Positions 39,274 through 53,814 of a stretch of DNA of 64,000 nt are shown here, one piece after another. The stretch's first letter is position 1. Every line of letters starts with the position of its first letter. Made by a program: the position numbers and the translations under genes. This DNA is from Parasitella parasitica NRRL 2501 (taxonomy: Eukaryota; Fungi; Mucoromycota): assembly GCA_025201805.1 (NCBI GenBank), contig MU619349.1:43000-106999 (forward strand), given 5' to 3'. A model generated the notes under the pieces. It made no database searches, was not told where the DNA came from, and worked only from the letters and a program-made list of their open reading frames with translations.

Positions 39274-40393
39274 CTAAGACGCATGATTTTTAAAGTATTG
39301 TGTCAAGTTTTCATACACTAAAAATGTAATGCAGGTTCCAGGCAGTACACGAATGATATTGGGTGCTAATCCTTTGTAAAATCCAATATAACCCTCTGCT
39401 TGAATCAACTTTTTACCACAGTCAACGACGCCAGTGTAACTATCTCTAGTAGCGCGGTTCTACATGCTTGGTTAATAATTGCCGTTTTTGGGCATCTTTA
39501 AAATATATACCTGTAATCTGCTTTTCAGAACTTGATAAGGGTAAGTAACTACAGTAGCAGCAACTTTTGAAGAAGAAGCCATTAACAAATATTCAGTTTG
39601 ACTTAGTCGAGCGTTCAATTCCTCGGTAGATGTAACTCCTTTTTTGTGTCTAATTTCGTTTCTCTTCTTTTTCATTTCTTCGTATACCATGAATTGAATT
39701 GCTCCATGAGACACACCAAACAGTGCCGGTACAATGCCTCTGTACAATCCACGAATGCCTTCCTCCAGGTATAATCTCTTTAATCCGTCCAGCAGACCCT
39801 TGTATGCGTCCGGAGTGTTGCGAGTGGTTGTACACATGCGGGTTTTGACAACCCATAATGGATTAGCCATCAGGGCTGTAAGTGCCCCTGCTTCCGCTGA
39901 TGCTGTCAAGTGCTGCACAGCAGATAATTTGCCCTCACCGTCCTTTTTCATGTATTTTTTAATCAGGCTGTACCATCCAAAATAAAACCCCCAGCTAATG
40001 GTTGCTCCAGCCATATTTGGTGATACTCCTCTGTATAAACCCCTCCAGATACCCTCGTCCTTGGCAATTGCTTTCATTGATCGGATAGTGCCACCAACAA
40101 CAGGTCTTTTCTCGGAATAGCGTGCTGAATCAACTGTATTTTTTTTTTTTTTTTTTTTTTTTTNNNNNNNNNNATGGCGTTGGATTAGACTTTCTTTTTG
40201 TTACCTTGAAATCGAATTTTGATAAGATCAAGGGGGTGTAACAGGGCTGTAGATACCATACCAGCGCCAAAGCCAGCAAAAGCTTGGTCCTGTCAACTCG
40301 CGAATTAGCAACACACTAGCCATTTTATTAGAATAATCTATTTACAGTGTGAGGAGACCCAGTAAAAGACTTGACGTTTGTAACAGCGCACAT
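39274..40393 (-). CDS. Mitochondrial carrier, folate/FAD transporter type (Flx1/SLC25A32-like)
   Basis: Three carrier repeats (PLDLIKIRFQ, PLWVVKTRM, PYQVLKSRLQ) and GLAPNIIRVLPGTCITFLVYE. Confidence 0.88.
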
Positions 40394-40646
40394 ATGGGAT
40401 ATAACAGAAACAAAGAACAAAAGTGATTCAGCAGAAAAAAAAAAAATATTAAGACTTTGAAAATGTGGAGAAACCTTGTTTGAAGGGAATTGTTTCCACA
40501 TCACTATGATTTTTGACCTCCGGAGCCATTTTAATGCCACAAATACTACTATTAGTGAAGGGTAAAAGTGAATGAACTTTATCATGTATTTACAGCGCAT
40601 AAGAAAAAAAGAAAAAAAAATAAAAAAATAAAAAAAGGTATCAATA

Positions 40647-41861
40647 TTAGCACAATATATTCTCTAGATTCATATTTCTTTCACTGTGGGCTAAGGATGC
40701 TGCTTCTTCTGGTTCTTCTTCCTGCGAATCGCCTATAATGATTTCAGGCGGTGAGAGAGGCTTGTTGGGCTTGATCAAATCCATTGGTTTTAAAGCAGGG
40801 CAGGGCAATGGCGTTGCAGGTGAGATAGGAGTGCCATCCACTTTTCCGCCATTCTTTGGTGTTGGCATGATCAAAGAATTTTCTTGATTTTCTTTTTGTT
40901 CCAACACTTCTGTATCTTCTTGTGATTCCATTGATTTATCGACGCCAACTGTTGCTGCTGTTGCTGCTGTTGCTGTTGCTGCTGCTGCTGCTGCTGCTGC
41001 TACTACTGCTGCTGTTGCTGTTTCACTTGCACAGGGTTTTTGGTTTGTGTTTTGGACGGCCTCTTTAGGCGGTTGCTTTGACAACGAGTGCTGATCTTCT
41101 GTCAATGTTGGTGAATCCTCAATCACTTTTTTGAGATATGTAATGTAATCAATTGCGCTTTGGAGTATTGTCATTTTATGAAGATTTTCTCTTTCGGCGC
41201 AAGACGGTATGAGGTCTCGTAACTGAAGAATTTTATCATTTATTTTCTCTCTTCTGCGACGTTCAATTGCACTATGGGATATCTTTCTAGCTTGCTCTCT
41301 TTGATCTGCAGTCGAGTTTGACACTGTGGATGTTATAGACCCATTTCGAGTGCCAAAGAACATTGGGCTGACGGCAGGAACATTTGGTACTGATGCTGTC
41401 GCTGTGGGATGAAGCTGCGGTGACACCTGTATAGCATAAGGATAGAGATTGAAAGACGGTGCTAATGTAGACGGTGGAATAGTTGCTGCTGTTGTGAGTG
41501 CTGGCTTAGATGTAGGTGATTTGGGCAAGATCCGTTGCACTGACGCTGTGGTTGCTGCTGTGGTTGCTGCTGTGGTTGCTGCCGTGGCTGAAGACGTCGA
41601 TAAAGTAGGCGATAGACTAGGAGAAATGGGCGGCTGAGGCCCCACAGATAAAAAATAAGGATGCTGGTGATAAACAGGATAGTAGGGATGCATTAAATGG
41701 GGTGGAGGGTACGGTATAAGAGGCGGAGGAAGAGCAACTGGAGCTGGTTGTAGCGGGGCTATGCTAACCGAAGTTTTTCTTTTTTTACTAGGTGAAGGAG
41801 ACATGTTTGGAGGCGCAATGGAAGAAGAGGAAAAAGTATCAATACTACTGTCTGGCATCAT
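40647..41861 (-). CDS. bHLH transcription factor
   Basis: HSAIERRRREKINDKILQLRDLIP...KMTILQSAIDYITYL, flanked by Pro-rich and poly-Ala tracts. Confidence 0.9.
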   Translation of the reverse strand: MMPDSSIDTFSSSSIAPPNMSPSPSKKRKTSVSIAPLQPAPVALPPPLIPYPPPHLMHPYYPVYHQHPYFLSVGPQPPISPSLSPTLSTSSATAATTAATTAATTASVQRILPKSPTSKPALTTAATIPPSTLAPSFNLYPYAIQVSPQLHPTATASVPNVPAVSPMFFGTRNGSITSTVSNSTADQREQARKISHSAIERRRREKINDKILQLRDLIPSCAERENLHKMTILQSAIDYITYLKKVIEDSPTLTEDQHSLSKQPPKEAVQNTNQKPCASETATAAVVAAAAAAAATATAATAATVGVDKSMESQEDTEVLEQKENQENSLIMPTPKNGGKVDGTPISPATPLPCPALKPMDLIKPNKPLSPPEIIIGDSQEEEPEEAASLAHSERNMNLENILC

Positions 41862-44287
41862 TAGCCTCAATAAATGTTTCGAAAGATATAGTAAAAGATT
41901 TCTCCGATCAGAGAGAAAGGAGCAGTAGAACAAGGAACCGTTAGAAAAAGAACAAGAAGAAGACTAAATCCAATAGCTTAATAGCATCGATGCAGCGTGG
42001 TATACAGACATCAAGGAAATCCTGTCAACTTGCCAATGACGATCGACAATAATAGAACGTGTTGTTGTAATTGGACGATTTTTGGGTCACGTTTGCCAGA
42101 ACTGAAAAAGTTGCCTCTTTGGTTCTCCTGAAATGATCTACACTAATATTGCTAGTGAAAGATTTGATGTAATAATAACCGGAAAAAAGAACCAAGAGAT
42201 TTATAGAGTCAAAAGAATAATTAATGCTGGAAATAGAGCATCTTGCATTTCTTGGCGAGCGTTTTCTTTGCCATATAACGATCAAATAAATTTGCAAGGT
42301 AAAAACAAAGCCTAAATTTTGTCATTTTGTTTGTGCCAAACATATAAGATACCGACAAACATTTGTATGAATCAAGACTATCGTTTCAACTATGACATTT
42401 ATCTAGTTAATTGACACGAAAAAGCACAGCAAAGCAAAGCAAAGCAAAGCAAAAAAAAAAAAAAAAAGAAGAATCACACACACATGCAACAACTATACTT
42501 GAGACGATATCATCAAAACTACAATAACAGCTTTTTTCTCAAGCAATCAACAAGACTAAATGTCTAATATAAACTGTCAAGGCACATATTACAACAATAT
42601 ATTTGTCTCCTAATTATACATTGTCTACTTTAATTAATAAAATACGATATACGATTATCATTTGCCATTCTTTACGAAGAATGAGCTGTCGAGAGTGAGA
42701 TAGTTCACAATAAAGCTTACAGATGTTGACTGCTTCGATACAAAAAAAAACTTACTGCCAGATCTTTCGTGTTGTATCCACATGATGCGTTATCGACATG
42801 TGCTAAAAGTAATATTTCAATACCAAATCACGACATTTGTTTCTCTGACGATTCTTTAAATATGCACTTGCTAAAATGTTGAGTTTTTTGCTTTGTTTTT
42901 ATATAACCGAGCATAATAGATAAATGATATGAATGACATATATACAAAAATTTATCAAGATCGCGTTTCAAGCTTATCTGTCTGTTTTTCTTCATTTGAT
43001 TTCATTTCGTCCCTAATAAATGTTGGATCCACAAATAAAAGAAAGCCCAACCCATTTTCAAAAGTGCCTATCATCAAGCAGTAGGCGTAGATAATATCTC
43101 CTACACACAATTTGATGCCATTTGCAAAGCTAACCACAATTTCATTCTGCATATGAAAAAAAAAAAGGCTTTGTAATGATGGCGCATTAATTCATAAAAA
43201 GAAACAAACAACAACAAACTGGCTCAAGACGAGAATACAAATTAGACATCACACCTTAATAGCCCGATAATAGAATCAAACCAATTAACATAACTTTGAA
43301 CTCGAATTATCCCATTGTGTTGTATTCATATAAAGGCAACATATATCATATCTAACATAGTTACGATGTACGAATCATGATATAAATTGTTGGTAATTTT
43401 TTTTTACAAGTAAGGAATAAGCTACAAGTTGTAATTGAACTTCTTGCAAGTTTCTAGGCTTATTCAAAGATTACAACAAGATCAGATCGCCTAGTCTTCT
43501 CTTCAAAGTAAAATAGAAGAATAGTTGTGTCCTGCTGTGATTTAATAAGGTTTGACACTTCTTGTTAAATAGCAGATGTTATGTGGATAAACATTGGTTG
43601 GGATATATTTTAGTATAGATAGAGATCATATCCCATATTATAAAAGTCTTCATTACTTCTTTCATATAACATTTACACAACATTTTGCTGTGCACTTCCA
43701 CATTTAAAGGCGTAGTGAGGAATGATGTATAACAAGGTATTGCTTTTACTGATCGCCGATGCTCTATTCTCAAATTAACTCTATTGATAGTATCTAATGT
43801 TTATTATATTAACCTGTGATAAATGTTTTCCGTATTCTTTCAAAAAGGATACCTAAAGTATCCTTTATACAATGTTATAGCAAATTTCGATTATGCTCAA
43901 CGTCTCAGAAAATGCCATTAATGCACTGGATATACATATATAGTAATTATACAGAAAAAGTCTTTTTTTGACGTTGCTCCATTGAGAAAACTAGGGGGAT
44001 TGCAGTTGACTTTAAGGAATTTGACCAGCATAAAGATAACAACTTGAATCATTAGTAAAAGGAAAAAAAATAGCACTGTTTTTAAGAGTTTCGTTCCATT
44101 GTAAAATGCTGGAGATTGCATTATTGTATCATCTAGTGTACCTGGTTGTTATAAAGGAACCTAGAAGAGATATAGCCATATCTTCAATATGATTTGCATT
44201 TCCGATCGTCCAATTAAGAATGAATGTATGAAAAANNNNNNNNNNAAAAAAAAAAAAAAAAAAAGTTTTTCTTTGAATAAACAACAT

Positions 44288-47200
44288 ATGTCTGGCAAAA
44301 AGAACAAGCCTAGCAACAACAGCAAGCCGTCTTCTTCTCTGCCAGCAACATCTAACGCTGCCAAAAAGCCCGGCAATGGCAGTAAGCGAGGCATTGTCAA
44401 AAATGGAAACACTGGTAGTAAGCGTGATGAAGATCAACAGCCAGCACCTCAACGTTCCATCTTTGGTAACTGGACGGGCAAAACACCTGTCTCCTTGCTC
44501 CATGAACATTGCCAGAAAGCAGGTTGGGAAAAGCCAGAGTTCGAAATCAAAAAGCGTAAAGACAATTATTTGGGCACAGTGACGCTAAGTCAGCGTAACA
44601 AGAAGACAGCGCAGATGCAGACAGTCTCGTTTACTCCTCCAGATGAAATACACCTTCCTACTTCGATCGAAGCCAAGCACGTGGCCGCCACCTATGCTTT
44701 GCATAGAGTCAAGTCGCATATGCCTCTCCACCGGGTACTACCCCCAGAACATCGGGATTACTGGCACCAGTTTGATACTTGCAAAACTGCGATGAATGCA
44801 TGGCAATACGATCCAGATCCTTTTAATGCACATGCGCCCATTATACCGCCTAAGCGTAATTTTCAAAAGCCTACAAAGGAGCATGCTGCTTCTGCTGTTT
44901 CTATGCCTGTAGCCAAGATGGATCAAATCAAACAAAAGGAGCCAGAGATGAACGAGAAGATGTACAAGTATTGGCAGAGCTTACCCTCTGTGCAGATGGG
45001 ATCAGAGAATCGAGAACAAGTGGAACGAGTAGTGAAAAAATCAAAAATTGCTTACCAACCAGTATGTACCCATATATCTTTTATGAACTGATACCGTTTT
45101 CTGACCTGTGAATTTTTTCTTTAGCTGCCCAGAAAACACACAAAAGAAGAGCGTAAACAGTTGATTCATGAGTTGGTCAATATGGGATTTCGATCTGCAC
45201 ATGCTGATGAAGCTTTGGACTATTCGATTGACAAGACTAGTGCTTTAGATTGGCTTTGTAAGTTTCTGGTATAGGTGTAGGAGAGCTTTATTCATTAACA
45301 CGGGTTGGTTTTTTTGAAATAGGTCTTCATGTCCCCGAAGATGGTATACTATATCATTGACAAATAGACAGTTGGGTGAGTTATAACACTGATGCCCTTG
45401 ATTTAGATCTACCTGCAAATTTTATGCTTGCTAATTATAACCCTACAATGACAACTATATCACACACAACTCAATCGCTAGGTCGAGATTGGCTACTGAA
45501 GCGGATGAGCGCCATTGGGTATCCTGAAAGTATTTGTGAGGAAGCGCTATCATTAGCTAATGAGGATGATTCTAAAGCTGTCGAAATGTTACAATGGAGA
45601 TTAGTGCATGGAGACGAAGAATTCCCTATTATAGACGCTGGAGTGATAGATATGGAGGATGTAAATCAGTCTCGCGAAGATGAAGTTACAGCGCTAGAGT
45701 CGATTTACGAGGCCTCGCGATTTCAGAAAGAAACAGACAAAGATGGACGTAAAATATACAGCATTCCCTTTAGTACCAAGGTAGATCCTCAACAAAAGGT
45801 TCATCAAAGGCTGATCATGCAGGTCATAATCCCCAAAGCGTCATACTACCCCTTTCAGCTGCCTTTATTTGTCATCGAGTGTGAAAGATTGCCTAGTTAT
45901 TTGAAATTAGCATTGATCAAGGGTTTGATTGAAGAAGCAGAGATGAATCTCGGCATGCCTTTTATTTACATGTGCGCAGAATGGCTTCAGGAGCATCTCG
46001 ACCATATGATAGCTAACCCGCCCAAACTTCGCGACATGTCTGAACGACTGAGCACTTTTGAAATGCTGCAGGGTACAGTGCCGAAGCGTAAAGTCAATCA
46101 TCAAAGACGCCATCGTTCTCATGCATTGAGGCCGGACGCTAGTGCATCTCAAAAACTAAAGGATGGCTTGTTGGCGATGCATAACTCGCCGCAATATGTA
46201 TCAATGGGAATTGTTCGATCCAACCTGCCTGCTCATGGGTATAGATCAACTGTAGTAAAGACCGTCTTGGGCCACCAAGTTACCATTGTTAGCGGTGAAA
46301 CTGGTTGTGGTAAAACTACACAAGTTCCCCAATTCATTTTAGACCAGGAGATCATGCAAGATCGTGGAGCTACATGCAATATCATCTGTACTCAGCCAAG
46401 AAAGATCTCTGCCATAGGTGTTGCTGAACGTGTTGCATCTGAGCGCTGTGAAAAGATTGGTCAAACGGTGGGCTATGCTGTCCGAGGCGAAACCAAGGTT
46501 TCTCCAGATACACGACTTCAATTTGTTACTACTGGTGTTTTGCTGCGTCGTTTGCAAAGTGACCCTACTTTGGATGGCATTAGTCATGTTATGATTGACG
46601 AAGTCCATGAGCGCTCAGTTGACAGTGATTTCTTGCTGATCATTCTTCGAGAAGTTTTGAAAAAGAGAAAGGACCTGAAGGTAGTTCTTATGTCTGCCAC
46701 TATTAATCAAGAGCTTTTTAGCAATTACTTTAATGGAGCGCCTGCTATTGAGATTCCTGGTTTTACGCACCCTGTCGAAGATTTCTATTTGGAAGACATT
46801 TTAGAAATGACATCTTATGTGTCTCATATGCCAATGGCTAAAAATCTCAAAAAGGCAGAAGAAGACGAAGCTGCCAACGGCAGTCATTTACCAAAGGGGG
46901 AATGGGCGCAATGGCAAGTCCCATATTTAGAGAAAGGGTTCAAAGAGCATACAGTTCGTACACTGGCCCGCTATCGTAACCAAGACAAAATTGACTATGA
47001 CTTGGTTGCAAATACTGTCAAGCATATTGTTGATAATGAAACAGTCAAAATTGACGGTGGATCCGAGCCTGCCATTCTTATTTTCATGCCGGGTGCCATG
47101 GAGATCAAGCGCTGCGTTGAAGCGCTGGAGGAAAGATTGGGAAATCGATCTGAATTCGATATTTTACCTCTTCATGCAAACCTCTCACCTCAGGAGCAGA

Positions 47201-48714
47201 CTCGAGTTTTCAAGACTGTGCCTGCTCATGTTCGGAAGATTGTAGTGGCTACTAACGTTGCAGAAACGTCCATCACGATCGAAGGCGTAGTCTATGTCAT
47301 TGATTCTGGTCGGGTCAAGGAAACACAATTCGCAGCTGCCAACAATATGATGCATCTAGTTGAAACATGGGCATCGCGTGCTTCATGTAAACAACGTCGA
47401 GGTCGAGCAGGTCGTACAAGACCAGGTAAATGTTTTAAATTGTTTACACGTGAGACAGATCAGCATAAAATGCGGGCTCAACAAGTACCAGAACTCTTGA
47501 GGACGCCATTAGAGCAGCTGTGTCTAACCGTCAAAGCAATGGGAGAGCATGATGTGAGTAAATTCCTCAAAAGAGCTATTGATCCACCCTCGGTCGCTGC
47601 CTTGGACAGCGCTATTCGCTCCCTAAGAGAAGTTGAAGCGATTGAATTAACGGACAGAGGAGATCTAACTGCGCTTGGCAAACACATGGCCAACATCCCA
47701 GCTGATTTACGTATTAGTAAAATGTTGTTGTTTGGCTCTGTATTTGGTTGCTTGGACCCTATGCTAACAATAGCATCGATCATGTCACTCAAAAGCCCGT
47801 TCACCTCGCCCATGGAAAAGAGAGAAGAAGCTAGACAGTAGGTTGATAAAAATGATAGAGACATCGAGATATGCTGACGATTTACATAGAGCACGAGAAA
47901 AGTTCAGCTCTAGCAAAAGCGACTGGCTGACAGACATGAAGGCGTACGAAGGATGGTTCGAAATCATCAAATCAAAGGGGATGAGAGCAGCCCGTACTTT
48001 TTGTGAAGAGAATTTTCTGTCGTTTGCGACATTGAACGAGGTTCAGAATCTGCGTAGACAATATGCAGATGCATTATCAGAGATTGGATTTTACAAACGA
48101 TCCCAGCATGAGCATTACAACCAAAACTCTGAGAACGCCAACCTTTTGAAATCCATCCTGTTTGCAGGCCTCAATCCTAACGTTGCAAAAATCCAGCTGC
48201 CTGATACCAAATACGACAAGCTTCTTAGTGGCACTGTTGAACGAGAAAAAGAAGCAAGAGAGATCAAGTACTATACAAAAGATGACGGGCGAGTGTTTTT
48301 GCATCCATCATCGCTGCTATTCAACAACAACAGCTATAATTCATCATTTTTGACTTACTTTTCTCGAATGGCAACCAGCAAAACCTTCATTCGAGACGGA
48401 ACAGAAGTGCCATCGTATGGCATCTTATTTTTTGGAGGTAAGATTGATGTAGATCATCTTGGGAGAGGGCTTCAAGTAGGAGAGGATGGTTGGATCAAGT
48501 TTAAGGCATGGGCTCGTATTGGTGTGCTGGTCAATCAGCTGAAGAGATTGCTGCAGTTAGAGCTAGAATTCAAGATTGAAGAGCCCGATCTAGATGGTAA
48601 GTCCTGCTACTCTGTCTTGTGAGGAAACACTGTGTAATCGTTGTGCCTATTATAGTGTCCAGCAGTGGCGTAGTAAATGCGATCATAAATCTCATTACAA
48701 AGGATGGTGTGTGA
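44288..48714 (+). CDS. DEAH-box RNA helicase with dsRBD/UBA/RWD N-terminus (DHX57/Ucp12-like)
   Basis: WTGKTPVSLLHEHCQK, UBA-like MGF...ALDWLC, RWD-like region, GETGCGKTTQVPQ, DEVH, SAT, ATNVAETSITI and QRRGRAGR; multi-exon. Confidence 0.92.
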
Positions 48715-48898
48715 TGAAGCTTCCATCATTTTCTATGATTGAAACTCCATGGCCAAAAAAAAATTTTCCACCATGGTGTATAAATAGCAAGATTTCTTTT
48801 GGTTTCGAATAAAATCTTTCCTTTTCTTTCATCTAACGTTAAGGGCCGCCAATTGTATTTTCATTCTAAAATTTACTACTATACGAATAAATCTCATT

Positions 48899-49249
48899 AT
48901 GGATCTTTCTTGGTGTATTATCTGTGACAACCGTGTAGACGATGTCTTGAACGAATCTAGTCTTTATTGCTCTGAATCCTGTCAGCTCAAAGACCAAATG
49001 ACTAGTATTACCAATCAACTCACTCTCAACCAGCAAAAGAAGCCTGCTACTACAAAGCCATCTTTGCTTACTGCTTCCTTGTTGCGCACCAAACGCTCCA
49101 ATGCTCCGTCGGCCTCATACCCCTGGATTCCTCTGTATCGTCGCCGCCGTGGTGTTGTAGTCACCAAAAGATGTCAGCCCATTGTGTCCAGCTCTCTGAC
49201 GACTGCCAATGCGTTTTTCAGTGCTCCCAAACCTACGTCTCTTGTCTAA
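48899..49249 (+). CDS. Ecl1-family small zinc-binding protein
   Basis: MDLSWCIICD...LYCSESCQLKD, i.e. the C-x2-C...YCS-x2-C motif. Confidence 0.78.
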   Translation: MDLSWCIICDNRVDDVLNESSLYCSESCQLKDQMTSITNQLTLNQQKKPATTKPSLLTASLLRTKRSNAPSASYPWIPLYRRRRGVVVTKRCQPIVSSSLTTANAFFSAPKPTSLV

Positions 49250-50303
49250 ATCGCAACATGTTCAACAGCAATCATTCTTTTCAACAAACCCCAAAAAAAT
49301 TTAGAAAATCATCCAACAAAAGCCTTTTCCAAAAAAAAACTTTTTCAGCCAAATCAATTATATTAATTTACAACTTGAAACAACACAAACGCAAACGCAA
49401 AAAAAAAAAAAAAAAGATTCAGTAAACTTTTATTCTTTATTTCGGTTGACTTTAGGCACGGGAAGGATTGTAAATAACAAAAAGACGCAAATTCTTTTTT
49501 ATATTTTCTTTATAAATACATCACATAAATAATAATGTACCCTTTCAGCATTTTGTTGATAGAGAGTCGTTTACATACCCTTGCCATTTCAACCCCCCCC
49601 CCTTTATTTCATACCTATTTTTCCCATCATCAATAAAAGCATCTCTTATCTATTGGTTTGCACAGAACCAAATTTCTTCAACAGAAACATTATATAAAAA
49701 AAAAAAAAAAAAAATTGCCATCTGGTTACACATTGTTTATTTTTTTTTTCTCTATTTATAAAAAGTAAACGCTGCGGTTGTGAAAAAAAGAGCCGTGCGT
49801 TTTTTGATTTCTTGATTTGCCGCAGATTTGAATTTTAGGATTACTATATCAACATATTGATGCTATAGTCTATTGTAATCAGATACCCAGGAGCTTCTTA
49901 ATCCTTTCATTTACACCCCCCCCCCTTGTTGTTGAAACGTTTGCAGTGAGTAATGAAATGTGTATATTGACAGAATTTTTCATGATGGCAAGCATTAAAT
50001 TTAAAAAACAGCAACCCTCCTGAACATGAGCAGCTGGTGCGAATAATTCCTGAAAATAGTGTATAGATAAGCAATCAAGGGACTGAAACTGCTTTCAGGA
50101 GCTCAAGTTATATGATTGTACAGTAGAGCACACAAGTATGGATCCCTAATTAGCGAAAAGTATGGTGTTTAGAAGCAGTACCATACAACTGCAAGTGTTG
50201 TATGTTTTATTACTATGAAAAAAATAATTATTACGTATTATTGAAACAGAATGAATTATACATGTAAGAGGTAAAAATTGCGGTGAAAATGCTATATAAC
50301 AAC

Positions 50304-52908
50304 TTATTTTTTGATTCTTAACGAACCAAATCTGATCATCGACAGAGGTCGCTGTTTTTGTTCTGGCTGTTTTTCTGGCTGATGCTCCTCGATGTTAGCA
50401 ACAGACATTCTCCATGATTTCTTTTGTCTGATGGTAGCTGGTGGTGCAGCTTCCAGTAACAAAGAAAGCCTCTTGTTTCTCACTGGTTTGGTATCGACCT
50501 TGTCTTGTTCCTCTTTAAGCAGGCAATTCAATGACTATATGTAAATAATGTGTAAATAAAAAGGCTCAGTCCAGTTGTGCGCAGACAATAAATACACTGT
50601 ACCTGAACCCATTTCTCGTGTGATTCCTTGCTTGTGCATTGTAACTGTATATCTCTTGTGTGCGATTTGATCACAATCACTGGACATTCGCTTGGGTGAC
50701 TTTGATGGCTATCAACATGAAATGACTCGATGGAAACTGCATTATACGCAGATGCATGATGTTAGAGCCCATAAATATTTAGACAAACAAACAAACACTA
50801 ACCACTTTTAGCCTTGTATTCACCGCCTTGGACACCGGGTTCCTGTTGACTCCAGTACAATGTCTTTGTGTAAGGATGAAGCCAAAAGAATCTTTTGTGA
50901 GAACGCTCAGAGATGCCACTTCTCACTTTGTAACGAGTGAATTTGAAGAGCCATTCGCCAATCATGGTATGCATAACAAACGGCAGCACCTTTTCAAAGC
51001 CTTCCATGGAGTTTGGTGGAGTACTGGGGAATGCAAGAGGATGCACTGGTCTATCGGCATCTACATCTTGCCTGTGGTAGCATAGAGATTCATTGTTACT
51101 CATGAGCATTGAACCAAAACGCTCCATCTCTTCTGTTTCTGTTTGTCTCCTCTCTACATTTAGCAGCTCTTCTTCTAACGATGTAGTGGCAGACATGGGG
51201 GAGGCGTTAGTGTGTACGGAAGCAGCATTATCTTGTTGACACCATTGTGCTGCTTCTTCTGCATCAGCATCTGCTGTAGATTTTTGCTGCTGCATCTGTT
51301 CGATTGTCTCCTGAGATTCTCTTAATAAAGCTTCGACCTCCAGCTTTTTTTGCTTTTCGTTTTCCAAATCAAGCTGTAAGGACTCCATGACAGAGTGGGC
51401 ATGAGCAAGCGATACCTGTAAGGCCTGCAGTTCTTTTTCTGAGGATTTCCTTTGCAGATTCATAGTAGCATCTTCTTTTGAAAGGTCAGCAGCAGCCTTC
51501 TTTTGAAGCTGCTCTAATTGCAATGAGATGGCGTCCTTCTCCCTTTTCAACTTGGAGAGAGACTTGTGGAGACTAGCCAGTTTAGTCTCGTAGTCGCTTT
51601 GAGTCTTGGTCATTGTGTCTTGCCATTTTAATTGGGCTGTTTTAAGCAGCTCTAGCTCCTGATGGACCAAGTTCTCCTGACGCTCTCGACGGACTTGCTC
51701 CATGTGCGTCTTGTGGATGGTTGTGGATAATTGACGGATTTGATGTGATAGGTCTTGTTTAGTGAGTTCAAGGTTCCAAATGTCTTCCTTGAGTCGCTCT
51801 TCGGTCTCGTTTTTGAAGCGAAGCTGGGCAATAAGGTCAGCGATGCGCTGGTGGTTGTCTGTTTTTTCATGCTCAAGCTGAATTAGCGTTTCTTGCCTGT
51901 CCTGGAGGATGCTCTGCATGCGGCGCACCTCGCTCAAAAGGCCTTGGCCAATTTCAGTGGCCAACTCTATGTCAGAAGATGTGCTTTTACGATTGTGGGC
52001 CTTGTTAGCGGCACTGGATAGGTCATTGGAGCTGCCGCTCGATGCAACCATCATCATGTTGTCCGATGTAGTGCTGTTGTTGTTGTTGTTGTTGTTGCTT
52101 TGAGGGGTTTGAAATAGGTCAGAAGAGGAACTGGCAATGGAAGCTCGTAACAGCGATCTTTTCTTCTTTTTTATGCTTGAAAAGGAGGAACCGCCAAAGA
52201 CTGGAGCCGCTGGAAGGGTGATGGAATTGGTGTAAGAAGAAGAAGAGAAATAGGAAGAAGTGGAAGAAGAAATAGAAGAGAAAGGTGGCGAGTACCGTGT
52301 GGGGTCTACAGAAAAAGAACGGAGAAACCTTGCTGTAGGCATTTCATAAAGAGGAGACAATGTTACAAGAGGCGAGGATGATGTTGTTTTGGTAAGTGAT
52401 TGTGAGGAGGGAGACTTAATTACAGTTTTGTTGGTACGCTATGTATTCAAATAATGACTTTTTATAAACTTTATTTTGCAGGCAGTACTTTCTTTTGGTT
52501 TACTTACTGTGTGCAAATCTTCAGCGTTTGGGTTCGATGAGGACGATGCATAGGATGTCGCTGACAACGAAGAGCTGCAGCTGGATGTCGATGTTGATGA
52601 GGATGCTGAGGGATTGTTGTGTCTATGGAACACTTTATTGAACGACTGCTGTCCAACTGTTATCCAATTTGAGGCGCTATTACTACTGCCACTACTGCTC
52701 GACTCTTTCTATTAGGGAGCCAACAAGATACATAAGTAAATAGTATAAGGGGGGGTTTTTTTTTTTTTTTGCCATATGCCATTTAACACATTACTTGACT
52801 TGGAAATAGAGTGGATGAAGAAGCAGCTTTCATTCGAAAGAAGCATTCAGGAGAAGACTTTCTTCTTTGATTCAATATTGGCATTGGAGGAGACTTATTA
52901 TCAATCAT
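50304..52908 (-). CDS. Num1/ApsA-like cortical anchor with coiled coil and C-terminal PH domain
   Basis: ELATEIGQGLLSEVRRMQ coiled coil and TMIGEWLFKFTR...HKRFFWLHPYTKTLYWS PH motif. Upstream exons (start MIDNKSPP at 52908) splice in frame. Confidence 0.8.
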
Positions 52909-53814
52909 CTGTATGGAAAGTATGTATAGGAAAAGCAGAAAGAAAGAGAAAGATCTACACAAGGCTAAAAGAGCAAACAAGAGGAAAAGGCATTTATACT
53001 CGGTGTCCATCTATGAATAGGTATATGTCTATTTTTTGATGTGCAATTTCAAACATGACAAAAATCTGTTTATATATAACAAATTACTAGTGAAGTTGGA
53101 TTTTTCTGAATAGGGGTACATTTAGCTTTCTCTGCATATGCATGGTGCTGTGAATGGAACATCAAAGCACACTTCCTTTTCTTCTTTGCGATCCCAACAA
53201 CACTTGCAAGAGAGAGAATACATCCCTGCAGCCCATGATTTTCGGGCATCATCTTGTTAATATATATAAGTTTCTAAAAATAAGATTTCTGTCTCTTCTT
53301 CTACCATGTTGTTCAATAATGCTATATGTAGGATTCGTTTTGGTTTGTATTCGATGTATTTAAATTAGGACAACCTATTTTATATGGTATAGATTATATA
53401 TAGAGTGAGAAGGAGGAAAGAGAGACTTGTTTGGATGCGCAAAATACTAAATATATACAATATGCTGTCAAGAGTGCATATATACAGTATATATGAGATT
53501 ATTTGTGGCGGTACGTATACCTATATTATAACGATTGCCGTTTATTGCCCTGATCAAAATCTCCAATACAACATACAAGACGTCATTACATTTTCAACCT
53601 TATGACATCCAGGATCTTCTTCAAATACAATCTCCTTGCATATGGCGGGATTGTTTGTTCCAGAGCAGAACCAAGCACTTTTAAAAGGGTTTGTACACAA
53701 TTAAATGATGAAAACTTTGGACAAATTTATTCAATTTTAATAAGCTATATAATATTCAACATATGCATTCTTTCTTCAATGTAGATATGTTTGTAGCGTC
53801 CTTGGACATTTCAA

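Noticed and set aside
28610-40393. Possible metabolic cluster (MET1, ERG9, folate/FAD carrier)
   Set aside because: Unrelated housekeeping pathways interspersed with RIX1 and transposon relics; no evidence of functional clustering.
40950-41020. (GCT/GTT)n triplet repeats, also at 9598-9628 and 41547-41590
   Set aside because: Ordinary coding low-complexity tracts (poly-Ala, Gln, His).
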